Source: an uncultured bacterium
GTDB taxonomy: Bacteria > Bacteroidota > Bacteroidia > 2-12-FULL-35-15
Assembly: GCA_964014945.1 (NCBI GenBank)
Contig: CAXHCC010000003.1
Location: 1 to 35,528 of the forward strand
Direction: 5' to 3'
Length of the DNA: 35,528 nucleotides
A program made the translations under genes and the position numbers. The notes beneath the pieces were generated by a model. That model saw only the letters and a list, made by a program, of their open reading frames with translations, ran no database searches and was not told the DNA's origin. Shown here piece after piece: positions 1 through 8,819 of the stretch (position 1 is the stretch's first letter; each line of letters opens with the position of its first letter).

Positions 1-43
1 ACAACGCACATCGTCGGCAGCGTCAGATGTGTATAAGAGACAG
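1..43 (+). other. Illumina Nextera i5-side adapter remnant (sequencing artefact)
   Basis: 11-43 is exactly TCGTCGGCAGCGTC-AGATGTGTATAAGAGACAG (Nextera read-1 adapter with Tn5 mosaic end at 25-43). It is preceded by AC + AACGCACA, consistent with the end of P5 plus an 8-nt index. Confidence 0.98.
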
Positions 44-82
44 CTTTTAATTGATACAGAGAGAAGATTAATAAATCTATAA
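44..82 (+). CDS. Possible 3' end of a truncated upstream gene (...LLIDTERRLINL*)
   Basis: Open frame from the first genomic base to TAA at 80-82, directly abutting a bidirectional terminator. Too short to identify. Confidence 0.4.
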   Translation, partial: LLIDTERRLINL

Positions 83-123
83 ACAAGAAAGGCCTAAGCA
101 ATTGCTTAGGCCTTTCTTGTTTT
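81..123. terminator. Bidirectional intrinsic terminator (perfect 42-bp palindrome)
   Basis: AAACAAGAAAGGCCTAAGCAATTGCTTAGGCCTTTCTTGTTT (81-122) is self-complementary with U-rich tails on both strands, just downstream of the aminotransferase stop. Confidence 0.9.
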
Positions 124-148
124 ACGACAAGTTGTATTGTAAGCTAAC

Positions 149-1351
149 TTATTGAGTTACCCTTCCTGGATAGGACTTTAACCCTTCTTCCAAACACGTA
201 ATAGCTTTTTTAAGCGAATCTACATTAAGCACATAAGCAATTCTTACTTGGTTTTTACCTAATCCTGGTGTAGCATAAAAACCGCTTGCAGGAGCTAACA
301 TAACCGTTTCGTTGTTGTAATCGAAAGATTCTAAAAGCCATTGGCAGAATATATCGGCATCATCTATAGGTAATTGTGCAATACAGTAAAAAGCCCCACT
401 TGTTTTAGGGCAAATAACTCCGTCAATATTATTTAGTGCTTCTACAAGATAATCACGCCTTTTTACGTATTCCTTCTTTACACTTTCCGTATATTCTAAA
501 GGTTCGTCCAATGCCGCTTCCGCACCAATTTGTTCTAGTGTTGGTGGGCTCAATCTTGCTTGAGCAAATTTCATGGCAGCCGCCATTACATCTTTGTTTT
601 TAGAAACCAGTGTACCAATTCTCGCTCCGCAGGCAGAATACCGTTTTGAAATGGAATCGAGCATTACTACATTGTTATCAATTCCCTGTAAATGCATTAC
701 CGAGAAATATTCTTTGCTATCATAACAAAACTCTCTATATACCTCATCAGCAAACAAAAACAAATCGTGCTTAATAACTAGCTCCTTCAGTTTTTCTAAT
801 TCCTCTTTAGTATATAAATACCCAGTTGGATTGCCTGGGTTACAAACCATTATACCCCTTGTTTTAGGCGTAATTTGCTTCTCAAACTCTTCAATTAAGG
901 GTAAAGAAAAACCTTTATCAATTGTGGATTGAACCGGTTTTAAGGTTATGTCAGCTGCACATGAAAAACAGTTGAAATTTGCATAAAAAGGCTCTGGAAT
1001 TATCACCTCATCACCAGGATTAAAACAAACCATCATCGCTATTTGTATAGCTTCAGACCCCCCGGTAGTAACAATAATATCGTCCGGACTTACGTTAATA
1101 TTATGCTCTGCGTAATATTTGCAAAGCTTATCTCTATAGCTAGGTATACCAGCAGAATGTGAGTACTCTAATACGTTTATATCAACGTTTTGAATCGCAT
1201 TAATAAAAGATTTTGGTGTGGCAATATCTGGTTGCCCTATGTTTAGGTGATAGACCTTTTTTCCGGCATTTTTTGCAGCTTCAGAAAAAGGTACCAGCTT
1301 TCTTATCGGTGAAGCTGGCATAATGTTTCCTTTTGTAGAGACTTTGGGCAT
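149..1351 (-). CDS. PLP-dependent class I/II aminotransferase (aspartate aminotransferase family)
   Basis: Motifs HLNIGQPD, NPGNPTG, DEVY and SISKRYSACGARIG (PLP lysine). Start moved from 1423 to ATG 1351 (MPKVS...) because a promoter lies at 1373-1403. Confidence 0.93.
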   Translation of the reverse strand: MPKVSTKGNIMPASPIRKLVPFSEAAKNAGKKVYHLNIGQPDIATPKSFINAIQNVDINVLEYSHSAGIPSYRDKLCKYYAEHNINVSPDDIIVTTGGSEAIQIAMMVCFNPGDEVIIPEPFYANFNCFSCAADITLKPVQSTIDKGFSLPLIEEFEKQITPKTRGIMVCNPGNPTGYLYTKEELEKLKELVIKHDLFLFADEVYREFCYDSKEYFSVMHLQGIDNNVVMLDSISKRYSACGARIGTLVSKNKDVMAAAMKFAQARLSPPTLEQIGAEAALDEPLEYTESVKKEYVKRRDYLVEALNNIDGVICPKTSGAFYCIAQLPIDDADIFCQWLLESFDYNNETVMLAPASGFYATPGLGKNQVRIAYVLNVDSLKKAITCLEEGLKSYPGRVTQ

Positions 1352-1372
1352 GGGTATAGAACTATTCGTGCG

Positions 1373-1403
1373 CAAAGGTAACATTTTAGGCTCTTTGAAC
1401 AAA
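1373..1403 (-). promoter_or_regulatory. Bacteroidota housekeeping sigma promoter for the aminotransferase
   Basis: Minus strand TTTG (1403-1400) - 19 nt - TACCTTTG (1380-1373), matching the -33/-7 consensus TTTG-N19-21-TAnnTTTG. Confidence 0.8.
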
Positions 1404-1505
1404 CGCATTATTTTATTGATCAATATGTATACTACAATATCAATTTAGCAGCAGCAGCTATCCTAATAATATTCCTATATTTAGCATCCTTCATCTTCTA
1501 TTACA

Positions 1506-4500
1506 ATGAGTTTAAATAAAATAGATATTCAAAGTAAAGCCTTGATGTTAGCTCAAGTTGGAGCATGGGAATATAATGTAGCAGAGGGAATAATTTCTTT
1601 AACGGATATAGCGAAGGCTATACATGGAATTTCCATAAATGATACACCAAGTTTTGATGAATTAATCCTTGTTTATAAGGAAGGAGAAAGTAGGAATGCG
1701 TTAAGCAGGCATCTAAAGCGAGCAATTGAGTACGGAGAAACCTACGATTTACAATTACAGATACAACCAAAACAAGGAGAATCTGTATGGGTTAGAGCTA
1801 TTGGTGAACCTATCCTAGACGATGGTAATTGCACTAGCTTGGTTGGTACATTTCAAAACATTACAGAAGAAGTTGAGTTGGATAAAAAACTAGAAGACAA
1901 TCAACGCACCCTACTTATAGCTCAGAAGGTTGCTAAAATTGGAAGTTTCGAATTCGATTTATTAACAGGGAATTTATTCTGGTCGGATGAAGTTTATGCT
2001 ATATGGGGATTAGATAAGAAGGAAATAAAGCTGACTTACGAGATGTATATAAATACGATACATCCTGATGATAGGGAAATAGTAGAAACAGCCTACAATT
2101 ATTCTGTTAAAAATAAAACACCGTTTAGTGTTAAGCACAAATTGGTAATGGCCGATGATTCAATTAAGCATGTTCATTGCCGCTCTGTTACTTATTATAA
2201 TAATTCGGATAAGCCAGTTAAAACTATAGGAACGGCTCAGGACATAACCGAGCAGGAAAATTTGAGAATTGAGTTATTGAAAAGTGAAAAACGTTATAAA
2301 GATGTTTCTAATTACTACTTAGAAGGCTTAATATTTCATAGACAAGGAATTGTGGTAGAAGCAAATAAGGCTTGTGAAGATATTTATGGTTATGCGAGCG
2401 ATGAGTTAATTGGAATGAATACGTTGTCAGTTTTGGCCCACCCGGATGATATTGATGAAATTGTTAAGATGTATACCTCTCTAAACGAGCCATCGGCTCC
2501 TTATGAGTGCAGAATATTAACAAAGGAAGGAAAGGTAAAGTGGGTTGAAAACAGGAGTAATGAAGTAGAGTTCGATGGTAAGTTAACCACTGTTACTCGG
2601 GTAAGAGATATTTCAGATATAAAGAAAACTAGGGAGGAAGCGAAAAAAAACGAAAGAATCCTGAATATTATTTCTGAAAACACTTCAGACCATATTATGT
2701 TGGTGAATAAGGATAGGAGAATACAATATATCAATTATACAGTGGAGGGTATGACTCCTGAGCAGGTGGTGGGAGTTTCAGTTGTAGATTTTGCTCCAGA
2801 AAATGATAAGGAGTTGGTGAAAAGTAAATATGACGAACTTTTTAAGACTAAACAGATTGTTCGATACAGTCAAAGTTTTGTATCACCAGATAATGATACC
2901 TATTACTTCGATGTGAGATTAGATCCTGTTCTTAAGAACGAGGAAGTGGATTCGGTTGTAGTAAATGCAAGGGATGTAACAGATACTAGGAGAACCCAAG
3001 AGAAGCTCTTGCAAAGTGAAGAACGGTTAAACATAATTACCTCTAATACATCGGATAGTATAATGCTGGTAGACAAAAATCAGAATATTGTCTTTTTAAA
3101 CAAAGACGCTTATGGTATAGAGGTAAATAACGTAATAGGGAAATCATTACTTGATTTTGCTCCTGAAGGGTATAGGGATGTTGCGGATGAAAGTTTTAAA
3201 AGTGTTTTTAAAAATGGAAGGGAGGCTAACTATCAAACACCTTTTATTGCACCTAATGGAGACGTTTTTTATTTTGATGTTAGAATGGCTCCTGTATTTA
3301 AGGATAATTCTGTTGATTCCGTGGTTATTAGTGCAAGGGATGTTACTTCTCGAAAACAAGTAGAAAGTGATTTAATTGAGAGCGAAGAACGGTTAAGCTT
3401 AATAACGGAAAATTCTTCGGATTATATTATATGGGTTAATGAAAACCTAATCATCAACTTTATTAATAGAACTCCAGAACATAACAGGGAAGCAGTAATA
3501 GGCCATTCAATTCTTGAGTTTTTACCAGGTCCTTCAAAAAGTACTTTGGAAAACGCTTGCAATACGGTGTATGATACAGGAGATGTTGAGTCGGTACAGC
3601 TGGATTATATCGGCATTGACGATAGTGGTTATGTGTTTGATGTTAACATATCTCCAGTTATTAGAGAGGAAAAGGTTGTGTCACTCGTAATAACGGCACG
3701 GGATGTTACGCGAAAATTGGCCGTTTCTAAATCGCTTAAGGAAGAGCAGGAAAAATACAAGAAATTGGTTGATTTGAGCCCTGATCCGATTGTAATAACT
3801 CAAATGGGGGCATATAAATTTGTAAATAACGCTTTTTGTAAACTGTTGGGTTACACAGAGGAGGAAGTTCTGGCAAAGGACTTTACGATATTTAATGTTA
3901 TTCCTAAAGAAGATCATACTCTGATCATGGAGAATTATCAAAAGTTTGCGAAAATGGTAGCTTCTGGTGAAATAAACAACAAAGACCCAAGGAAAGGTGT
4001 TTATAACATGATTAACCGTGGTGGTACAATTATCAATTGCGAGTCAACAACATTGTCAATTGACTATCAAGGAACATCTGCTGAAATGACCATTATTAGA
4101 GATGTTACCGAGCGGAATTTACGAGAAGCTAATGTAACGCTCATGGCGAAGAAATCTGTTGAATACAAAGACGCGTTATTGTCACTTACCAATAATCAGT
4201 TTACCAACTTATCTGAGATGTTTAACAATATTACCAAATTGGTGGGGAAAGTTATGAATTTGGAAAGGGTGAGTATTTGGAAGTTCAACAATAATCAGAG
4301 CTCTATTTATTGTGAAAGTCTTTATACGCAGTCAACAAATATTGTGGAGAATGGTTTTGAGTTAAACAAACAAGATTACCCAAATTATTTTAGTGCTATA
4401 ACAAGTAATAAAGCCATAATTGCAGATGATGTTCTTAACAATGAGCATGCAAAAGAATTGTTGGATAGCTATCTAAAACCCTTGGGCATCACTTCAATGA

Positions 4501-6050
4501 TGGATATGATAATAAGAGGAGGAGATGAGGAATACGGTGTATTGTGTTTGGAGCATGTTGGCGATCGAAAAGTTTGGATAGAGTCCGAACAAGAGTTTGC
4601 AGCTTCAATTGCTAACGTTGTATCTCTAACAATATCAACCTCAGTACAAAAAGAAGCCGAGGCATTTCTACGCGAGAGTGAAAAAAGGTATAAAGACTTA
4701 TCAAACTTATCCATTGAGGCAATTTTTATTCATAAGAATGGTATGATAATGGATGTTAATAATGCTTGTTCTGCGATATTTGGTTATACCTATGAAGAGT
4801 TTATGGAATTGGATGGCTTGAAGTCATTGGTACATCCTGATGATATGGCTGCAACCAATGAAAAAATCAAAACGAAATACAAAGGCTCTTACGAAATTAA
4901 AATGATTAGGAAGGATGGAAGTGTTATTGATTGTGAGATACAGGCAAAAAATATATTGTTTAAAGGGGAAGAATGTAGGGTAACAAGGGTTAGAAATATT
5001 ACAGAAAGAAAGCAATCTGAGAAGGCGTTACGTGATAGCGAAGAGAAGTATAGACAATTAGTAGATTTAAGCCCAAACCCTATAGTAATTACCCAGGAAG
5101 GAAAGTACAGGTTTGTTAATAAAGCATTTGTAGATATGTTTGGCTATTCGCAAGAAGAACTATTTGCTGATGATTTCACTTTTTTTAATATTTTGGACGA
5201 AAGAGAGATTCCTAAAGTACAAAACCGGTATAAGGACTGGCTCTCAGGAAAACCATTATCCCCACATTATACTCTTAATTTAGTTACTAAGTCGGGAGAG
5301 GTATTAACTTGCGATACCACTTCTGGAAAGATTACATTTAATAATGAGCATGCAGATATGGCCATTATTCATGATATAACTGAAAGAAAGAGAATGGAGG
5401 AGGAGTTGTTATTGAAAAAACAAGAAGTGATTAGTCAGCGAATCAAGCATTTTATAGGGGGGCAAGAGCAAGAACGTAAGCGCGTGGCACGAGAACTACA
5501 CGATAGTATTGGTCAATCGCTTACCAGCGTGAAAATGATGGTTGATGACTTGAAGTTGGAATATAATGACATTAAACAACAGGTGTTGAAAGCAAATGTG
5601 AATGGATTGATTGAAGAGGTGAAGCAAATATCTGAGTCATTAGCACCTTCTGTTCTAACGGATTTAGGTTTTGAAAAAGCGGTACAGCAGTTATGTAAAA
5701 AAATTAACGAATCAACTAAAATAAATGTTGAATTGTTTGTGGATGTTAAAGATGAAATAATGGATTTGTATGCTTTGGATGTGTACAGGATTATTCAGGA
5801 ATCATTAAATAATGCCGTAAAACACTCAACGGCCAAAGATATTCAAGTGCAAATATTGCTTATTGAAAATTCAATCCGTATTTTTATTGAGGACAATGGA
5901 ATTGGATTTGATGTAAAAAAAGAATTTAACAAAGGAACTAAAGGCCTTAGTAATTTAAAAGAGAGAACAGAGAGTTTGGGTGGAGTATTATTTATTGATA
6001 CTAGCCCAGGCAACGGAACAACCATAAATATAGAAATACCAATAAATTAA
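1506..6050 (+). CDS. Cytoplasmic multi-PAS/PAC + GAF sensor histidine kinase (HisKA_3/NarX type)
   Basis: About nine PAS/PAC units ending in RD(I/V)T-like motifs, one GAF (RVSIW...GVLCLEH), H-box ERKRVARELHDSIGQ, and HATPase (QESLNNAVKH, DNGIGFD, GLSNLKER, GNGT). No transmembrane segment seen. Confidence 0.93.
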   Translation: MSLNKIDIQSKALMLAQVGAWEYNVAEGIISLTDIAKAIHGISINDTPSFDELILVYKEGESRNALSRHLKRAIEYGETYDLQLQIQPKQGESVWVRAIGEPILDDGNCTSLVGTFQNITEEVELDKKLEDNQRTLLIAQKVAKIGSFEFDLLTGNLFWSDEVYAIWGLDKKEIKLTYEMYINTIHPDDREIVETAYNYSVKNKTPFSVKHKLVMADDSIKHVHCRSVTYYNNSDKPVKTIGTAQDITEQENLRIELLKSEKRYKDVSNYYLEGLIFHRQGIVVEANKACEDIYGYASDELIGMNTLSVLAHPDDIDEIVKMYTSLNEPSAPYECRILTKEGKVKWVENRSNEVEFDGKLTTVTRVRDISDIKKTREEAKKNERILNIISENTSDHIMLVNKDRRIQYINYTVEGMTPEQVVGVSVVDFAPENDKELVKSKYDELFKTKQIVRYSQSFVSPDNDTYYFDVRLDPVLKNEEVDSVVVNARDVTDTRRTQEKLLQSEERLNIITSNTSDSIMLVDKNQNIVFLNKDAYGIEVNNVIGKSLLDFAPEGYRDVADESFKSVFKNGREANYQTPFIAPNGDVFYFDVRMAPVFKDNSVDSVVISARDVTSRKQVESDLIESEERLSLITENSSDYIIWVNENLIINFINRTPEHNREAVIGHSILEFLPGPSKSTLENACNTVYDTGDVESVQLDYIGIDDSGYVFDVNISPVIREEKVVSLVITARDVTRKLAVSKSLKEEQEKYKKLVDLSPDPIVITQMGAYKFVNNAFCKLLGYTEEEVLAKDFTIFNVIPKEDHTLIMENYQKFAKMVASGEINNKDPRKGVYNMINRGGTIINCESTTLSIDYQGTSAEMTIIRDVTERNLREANVTLMAKKSVEYKDALLSLTNNQFTNLSEMFNNITKLVGKVMNLERVSIWKFNNNQSSIYCESLYTQSTNIVENGFELNKQDYPNYFSAITSNKAIIADDVLNNEHAKELLDSYLKPLGITSMMDMIIRGGDEEYGVLCLEHVGDRKVWIESEQEFAASIANVVSLTISTSVQKEAEAFLRESEKRYKDLSNLSIEAIFIHKNGMIMDVNNACSAIFGYTYEEFMELDGLKSLVHPDDMAATNEKIKTKYKGSYEIKMIRKDGSVIDCEIQAKNILFKGEECRVTRVRNITERKQSEKALRDSEEKYRQLVDLSPNPIVITQEGKYRFVNKAFVDMFGYSQEELFADDFTFFNILDEREIPKVQNRYKDWLSGKPLSPHYTLNLVTKSGEVLTCDTTSGKITFNNEHADMAIIHDITERKRMEEELLLKKQEVISQRIKHFIGGQEQERKRVARELHDSIGQSLTSVKMMVDDLKLEYNDIKQQVLKANVNGLIEEVKQISESLAPSVLTDLGFEKAVQQLCKKINESTKINVELFVDVKDEIMDLYALDVYRIIQESLNNAVKHSTAKDIQVQILLIENSIRIFIEDNGIGFDVKKEFNKGTKGLSNLKERTESLGGVLFIDTSPGNGTTINIEIPIN

Positions 6051-6703
6051 TGAAAACAAGAATAATTTTAGTAGACGATCATAGCATGGTGAGATTAGGA
6101 GTGCGCACTATGGTGGAAAGAATTGCAAATGTGGAGATTGTTGGAGAAGCAGAGAACGGACTAGAGGCAATGGAGCTTATTGAGCGATTAAACCCTGATA
6201 TTGCACTATTGGATATAAGCATGCCAAAAATGAATGGTTTGGAGGTGGCTAAAAAAGTGTACGATTTGAAGTTGCCTACTAAGGTCTTAATTCTATCGAT
6301 TTACCATGATGAGGAATATGTGGTAAAGAGTATTGAGTATGGTTGTTCAGGATATTTGATGAAAAACGCAGATCCAGAGGAGGTAGAATTAGCAATTAAA
6401 ACCTTAGTTTCTGGCGAAAACTATTATGGTGCCAATATTTCAAAAATCATGATGAAGAATATGGTGCAGAAACAGAAGGAAACAACTACAATTTCTCAGC
6501 AGAATTTAACAAAAAGAGAAGTAGAGGTTATAAAAATGATAGCAGAGGGACTAAAAACAAAGGATATAGCAGAAAAACTATTTATAAGTACTAGAACTGT
6601 TGAGACCCACAAGACCAATATATATCACAAGCTAGAGATTCATAATTCAGCCCAATTAATTCGTTATGCTATTAAAAATAGCTTAATTACAATCACAAGC
6701 TAG
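6050..6703 (+). CDS. NarL/FixJ-family DNA-binding response regulator (REC + LuxR HTH)
   Basis: DDH, LLDISMP phospho-Asp, and LTKRE...LFISTRTVETH HTH. Overlaps the kinase stop by 1 nt (TAATG). Confidence 0.95.
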   Translation: MKTRIILVDDHSMVRLGVRTMVERIANVEIVGEAENGLEAMELIERLNPDIALLDISMPKMNGLEVAKKVYDLKLPTKVLILSIYHDEEYVVKSIEYGCSGYLMKNADPEEVELAIKTLVSGENYYGANISKIMMKNMVQKQKETTTISQQNLTKREVEVIKMIAEGLKTKDIAEKLFISTRTVETHKTNIYHKLEIHNSAQLIRYAIKNSLITITS

Positions 6704-6864
6704 CATATTTTTGTATACGTGTTTATACCTATGCAAGTACGCTTGTAGGTGTAATGGTAACTCTAGAATTCTTTGTATTTGCTTTTAAGGTGAATAATCT
6801 TTAATTTGTACACATCGATAAGTAAATGTTGAGAGACATAATTCAGAATTAATATTAGACTTTT

Positions 6865-7782
6865 ATGAGGATTACTCCTAATACTGTAGCAATGCTCATG
6901 TTTTGTTCCGTTGCTATAAACTCCTTAGCTAAAGGAGAACAAATAGATGAATTAGTTGACTCCACTATCAATTATACAGACGAGAATGGTAAAAGACAAG
7001 GATATTGGGTCTTTACCAATGAAATGGTGAATGGTGAATGTGAAGATGATGAGCAAAAAATAAAGGAAGGCAAGTATACCAACAGTAGAAAAAACGGTAT
7101 ATGGAAAGAGTACTTTTGTAATGAAAATTTTAAAAGTAAAATAAATTATGTTAATAATCGTCCTAATGGATACGCTATAGTTTTTCATGAAAACGGAAAC
7201 ATTAAGGAAGAAGGAGAGTGGAAGAACAATCGTTGGGTTGGGGCTTATAAGTTATACTACTCAAACGGTAATGTTCAGCAAGAGTTTAATTTTAACGCAA
7301 CGGGCAAACGTACCGGTAATCAAAAGTATTATTATGAGAATGGAGCCCTTATGATTGAGGGTACATGGTCTGCTGGTAAGGAATCAGGTATTGTAACCGA
7401 GTATTATGAAAACGGGGATGTTAGGGCTATTAAAGATTTTGCTGGAGGAGTGTTGGATTCATCGAAAACCCAAGTGTTTGCGCCAAAACTTCCAATTGAA
7501 CCTCACGCAATTAAACTTGAAGATGTTGCACCTCCACCACCCGTTATAGTTGAAAAGAATGAGAAGGATAATTTAGGTAAAAAGTTTAATGGAGAAGGTT
7601 ATTGGCAATTATATAATTCGGACAAGCAAATAACTAAAGATGGTACCTTCAAGCGTAACAGATTTATTTCTGGAAAAGCGTATTACTACGATGAGCAAGG
7701 CTTATTGATAAGAATTGCGATATACAGAAATGGTAAATATGTGGGTGATGGCATAATTGAAGAGGAAAAAAAGATGCATTAA
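6865..7782 (+). CDS. Exported MORN-variant repeat protein (YwqK-like family)
   Basis: Repeated G-x-W-x-x-Y-(Y/H)-x-N-G units, N-terminal signal-peptide-like segment, and an internal Pro-rich linker (APPPPV). Confidence 0.8.
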   Translation: MRITPNTVAMLMFCSVAINSLAKGEQIDELVDSTINYTDENGKRQGYWVFTNEMVNGECEDDEQKIKEGKYTNSRKNGIWKEYFCNENFKSKINYVNNRPNGYAIVFHENGNIKEEGEWKNNRWVGAYKLYYSNGNVQQEFNFNATGKRTGNQKYYYENGALMIEGTWSAGKESGIVTEYYENGDVRAIKDFAGGVLDSSKTQVFAPKLPIEPHAIKLEDVAPPPPVIVEKNEKDNLGKKFNGEGYWQLYNSDKQITKDGTFKRNRFISGKAYYYDEQGLLIRIAIYRNGKYVGDGIIEEEKKMH

Positions 7783-7829
7783 TCACTCATTTTAGCTCGT
7801 ATAAATTCTTAAACTATCTTTTTGCTGTA

Positions 7830-8798
7830 CTAAGCAGATAAAATTTCTAGCATGCGTAGCAAGTCGGGTTGTAAGCCTACTTTGTGCTTAATTGCTTTGG
7901 CGAAAGGTGTGTAGGTAATTTTTTTATCTATTATTCCTATCATTTCTCCGCTGTGCTTGTTTATGAGTGCTTCTACAGCAGAAAACCCCATTCTACTACT
8001 ATTTACCCTATCCATAGTACTTGGGTTGCCACCACGCTGTAAATGGCCTAGTATTGCAACACGAGCATTTTGCTTATTCAGTTTTTTCTTCACCTTCTCA
8101 GCCACTTTAAAAGCACCACCCGCTTCATCGCCTTCAGCTACAATTACAATTTTTGATGTTTTATCCTTTCTTATCTTACTTAACCGACTTATTAATGCAT
8201 CCAAATTTGTTTCCGTTTCCGGAATGATAATAGCTTCAGCACCGGCTGCAATTCCAGATCGTAAGGCAATTAATCCAGCATCTTTTCCCATCACTTCTAC
8301 AAAGAATATCCGATCATGACTTTCAGCTGTGTCTCGTAATTTATCCACTGCATCAATAACCGTATTAATTGCTGTGTCATACCCTATAGTAAAGTCGGTT
8401 CCATACAAATCATTATCTATTGTTCCTGGACAACCAATGAAAGGAATGTCGCAGGTTTTTGAAAATTCCAAAGCCCCCTTAAATGTTCCATCGCCACCTA
8501 TTGCAATTACCCCTTCAATATCCTGCTCTTTAAGATTTTTATATGCTTTCTCTCTCCCTGAAAGTTCCATAAACTCATTACTTCTGGCAGTTTTTAAAAT
8601 AGTGCCACCTCTGTGAATTATGTTTGAAACAGAGCTAGGGGTTAAAGGAATAAAGTCGTTATTTATCATGCCGTCGTACCCTCGTCTAATACCAACTACT
8701 TCTATATTATTGAAGCAAGCAGTTCGTACCACAGCTCTTATACATGCGTTCATACCAGGAGAATCTCCTCCAGATGTAAATACAGCAATCTTTTTCAT
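7830..8798 (-). CDS. pfkA: ATP-dependent 6-phosphofructokinase
   Basis: TSGGDSPGMN, GGTILKTAR, IGGDGT, PGTIDND, EVMG and LGHLQRGG. Gly at both phosphoryl-donor specificity positions indicates the ATP type. Confidence 0.97.
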   Translation of the reverse strand: MKKIAVFTSGGDSPGMNACIRAVVRTACFNNIEVVGIRRGYDGMINNDFIPLTPSSVSNIIHRGGTILKTARSNEFMELSGREKAYKNLKEQDIEGVIAIGGDGTFKGALEFSKTCDIPFIGCPGTIDNDLYGTDFTIGYDTAINTVIDAVDKLRDTAESHDRIFFVEVMGKDAGLIALRSGIAAGAEAIIIPETETNLDALISRLSKIRKDKTSKIVIVAEGDEAGGAFKVAEKVKKKLNKQNARVAILGHLQRGGNPSTMDRVNSSRMGFSAVEALINKHSGEMIGIIDKKITYTPFAKAIKHKVGLQPDLLRMLEILSA

Positions 8799-8819
8799 AT
8801 CCTTAATTTAGAATAATAC

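Noticed and set aside
81-122. Perfect 42-bp palindrome as a possible MITE/REP element or assembly fold-back
   Set aside because: Single copy, located between convergent gene ends with U-tails both ways: a bidirectional terminator explains it.
1352-1423. N-terminal extensions given by the ORF track (aminotransferase 1423; likewise S2P 21559 and dinB 25428)
   Set aside because: The first two overlap a promoter or a terminator, and in all three family-like sequence starts at the downstream ATG.
6865-7782. Toxin-antitoxin system suggested by the YwqK-like family label
   Set aside because: No adjacent toxin gene, and the protein appears exported.
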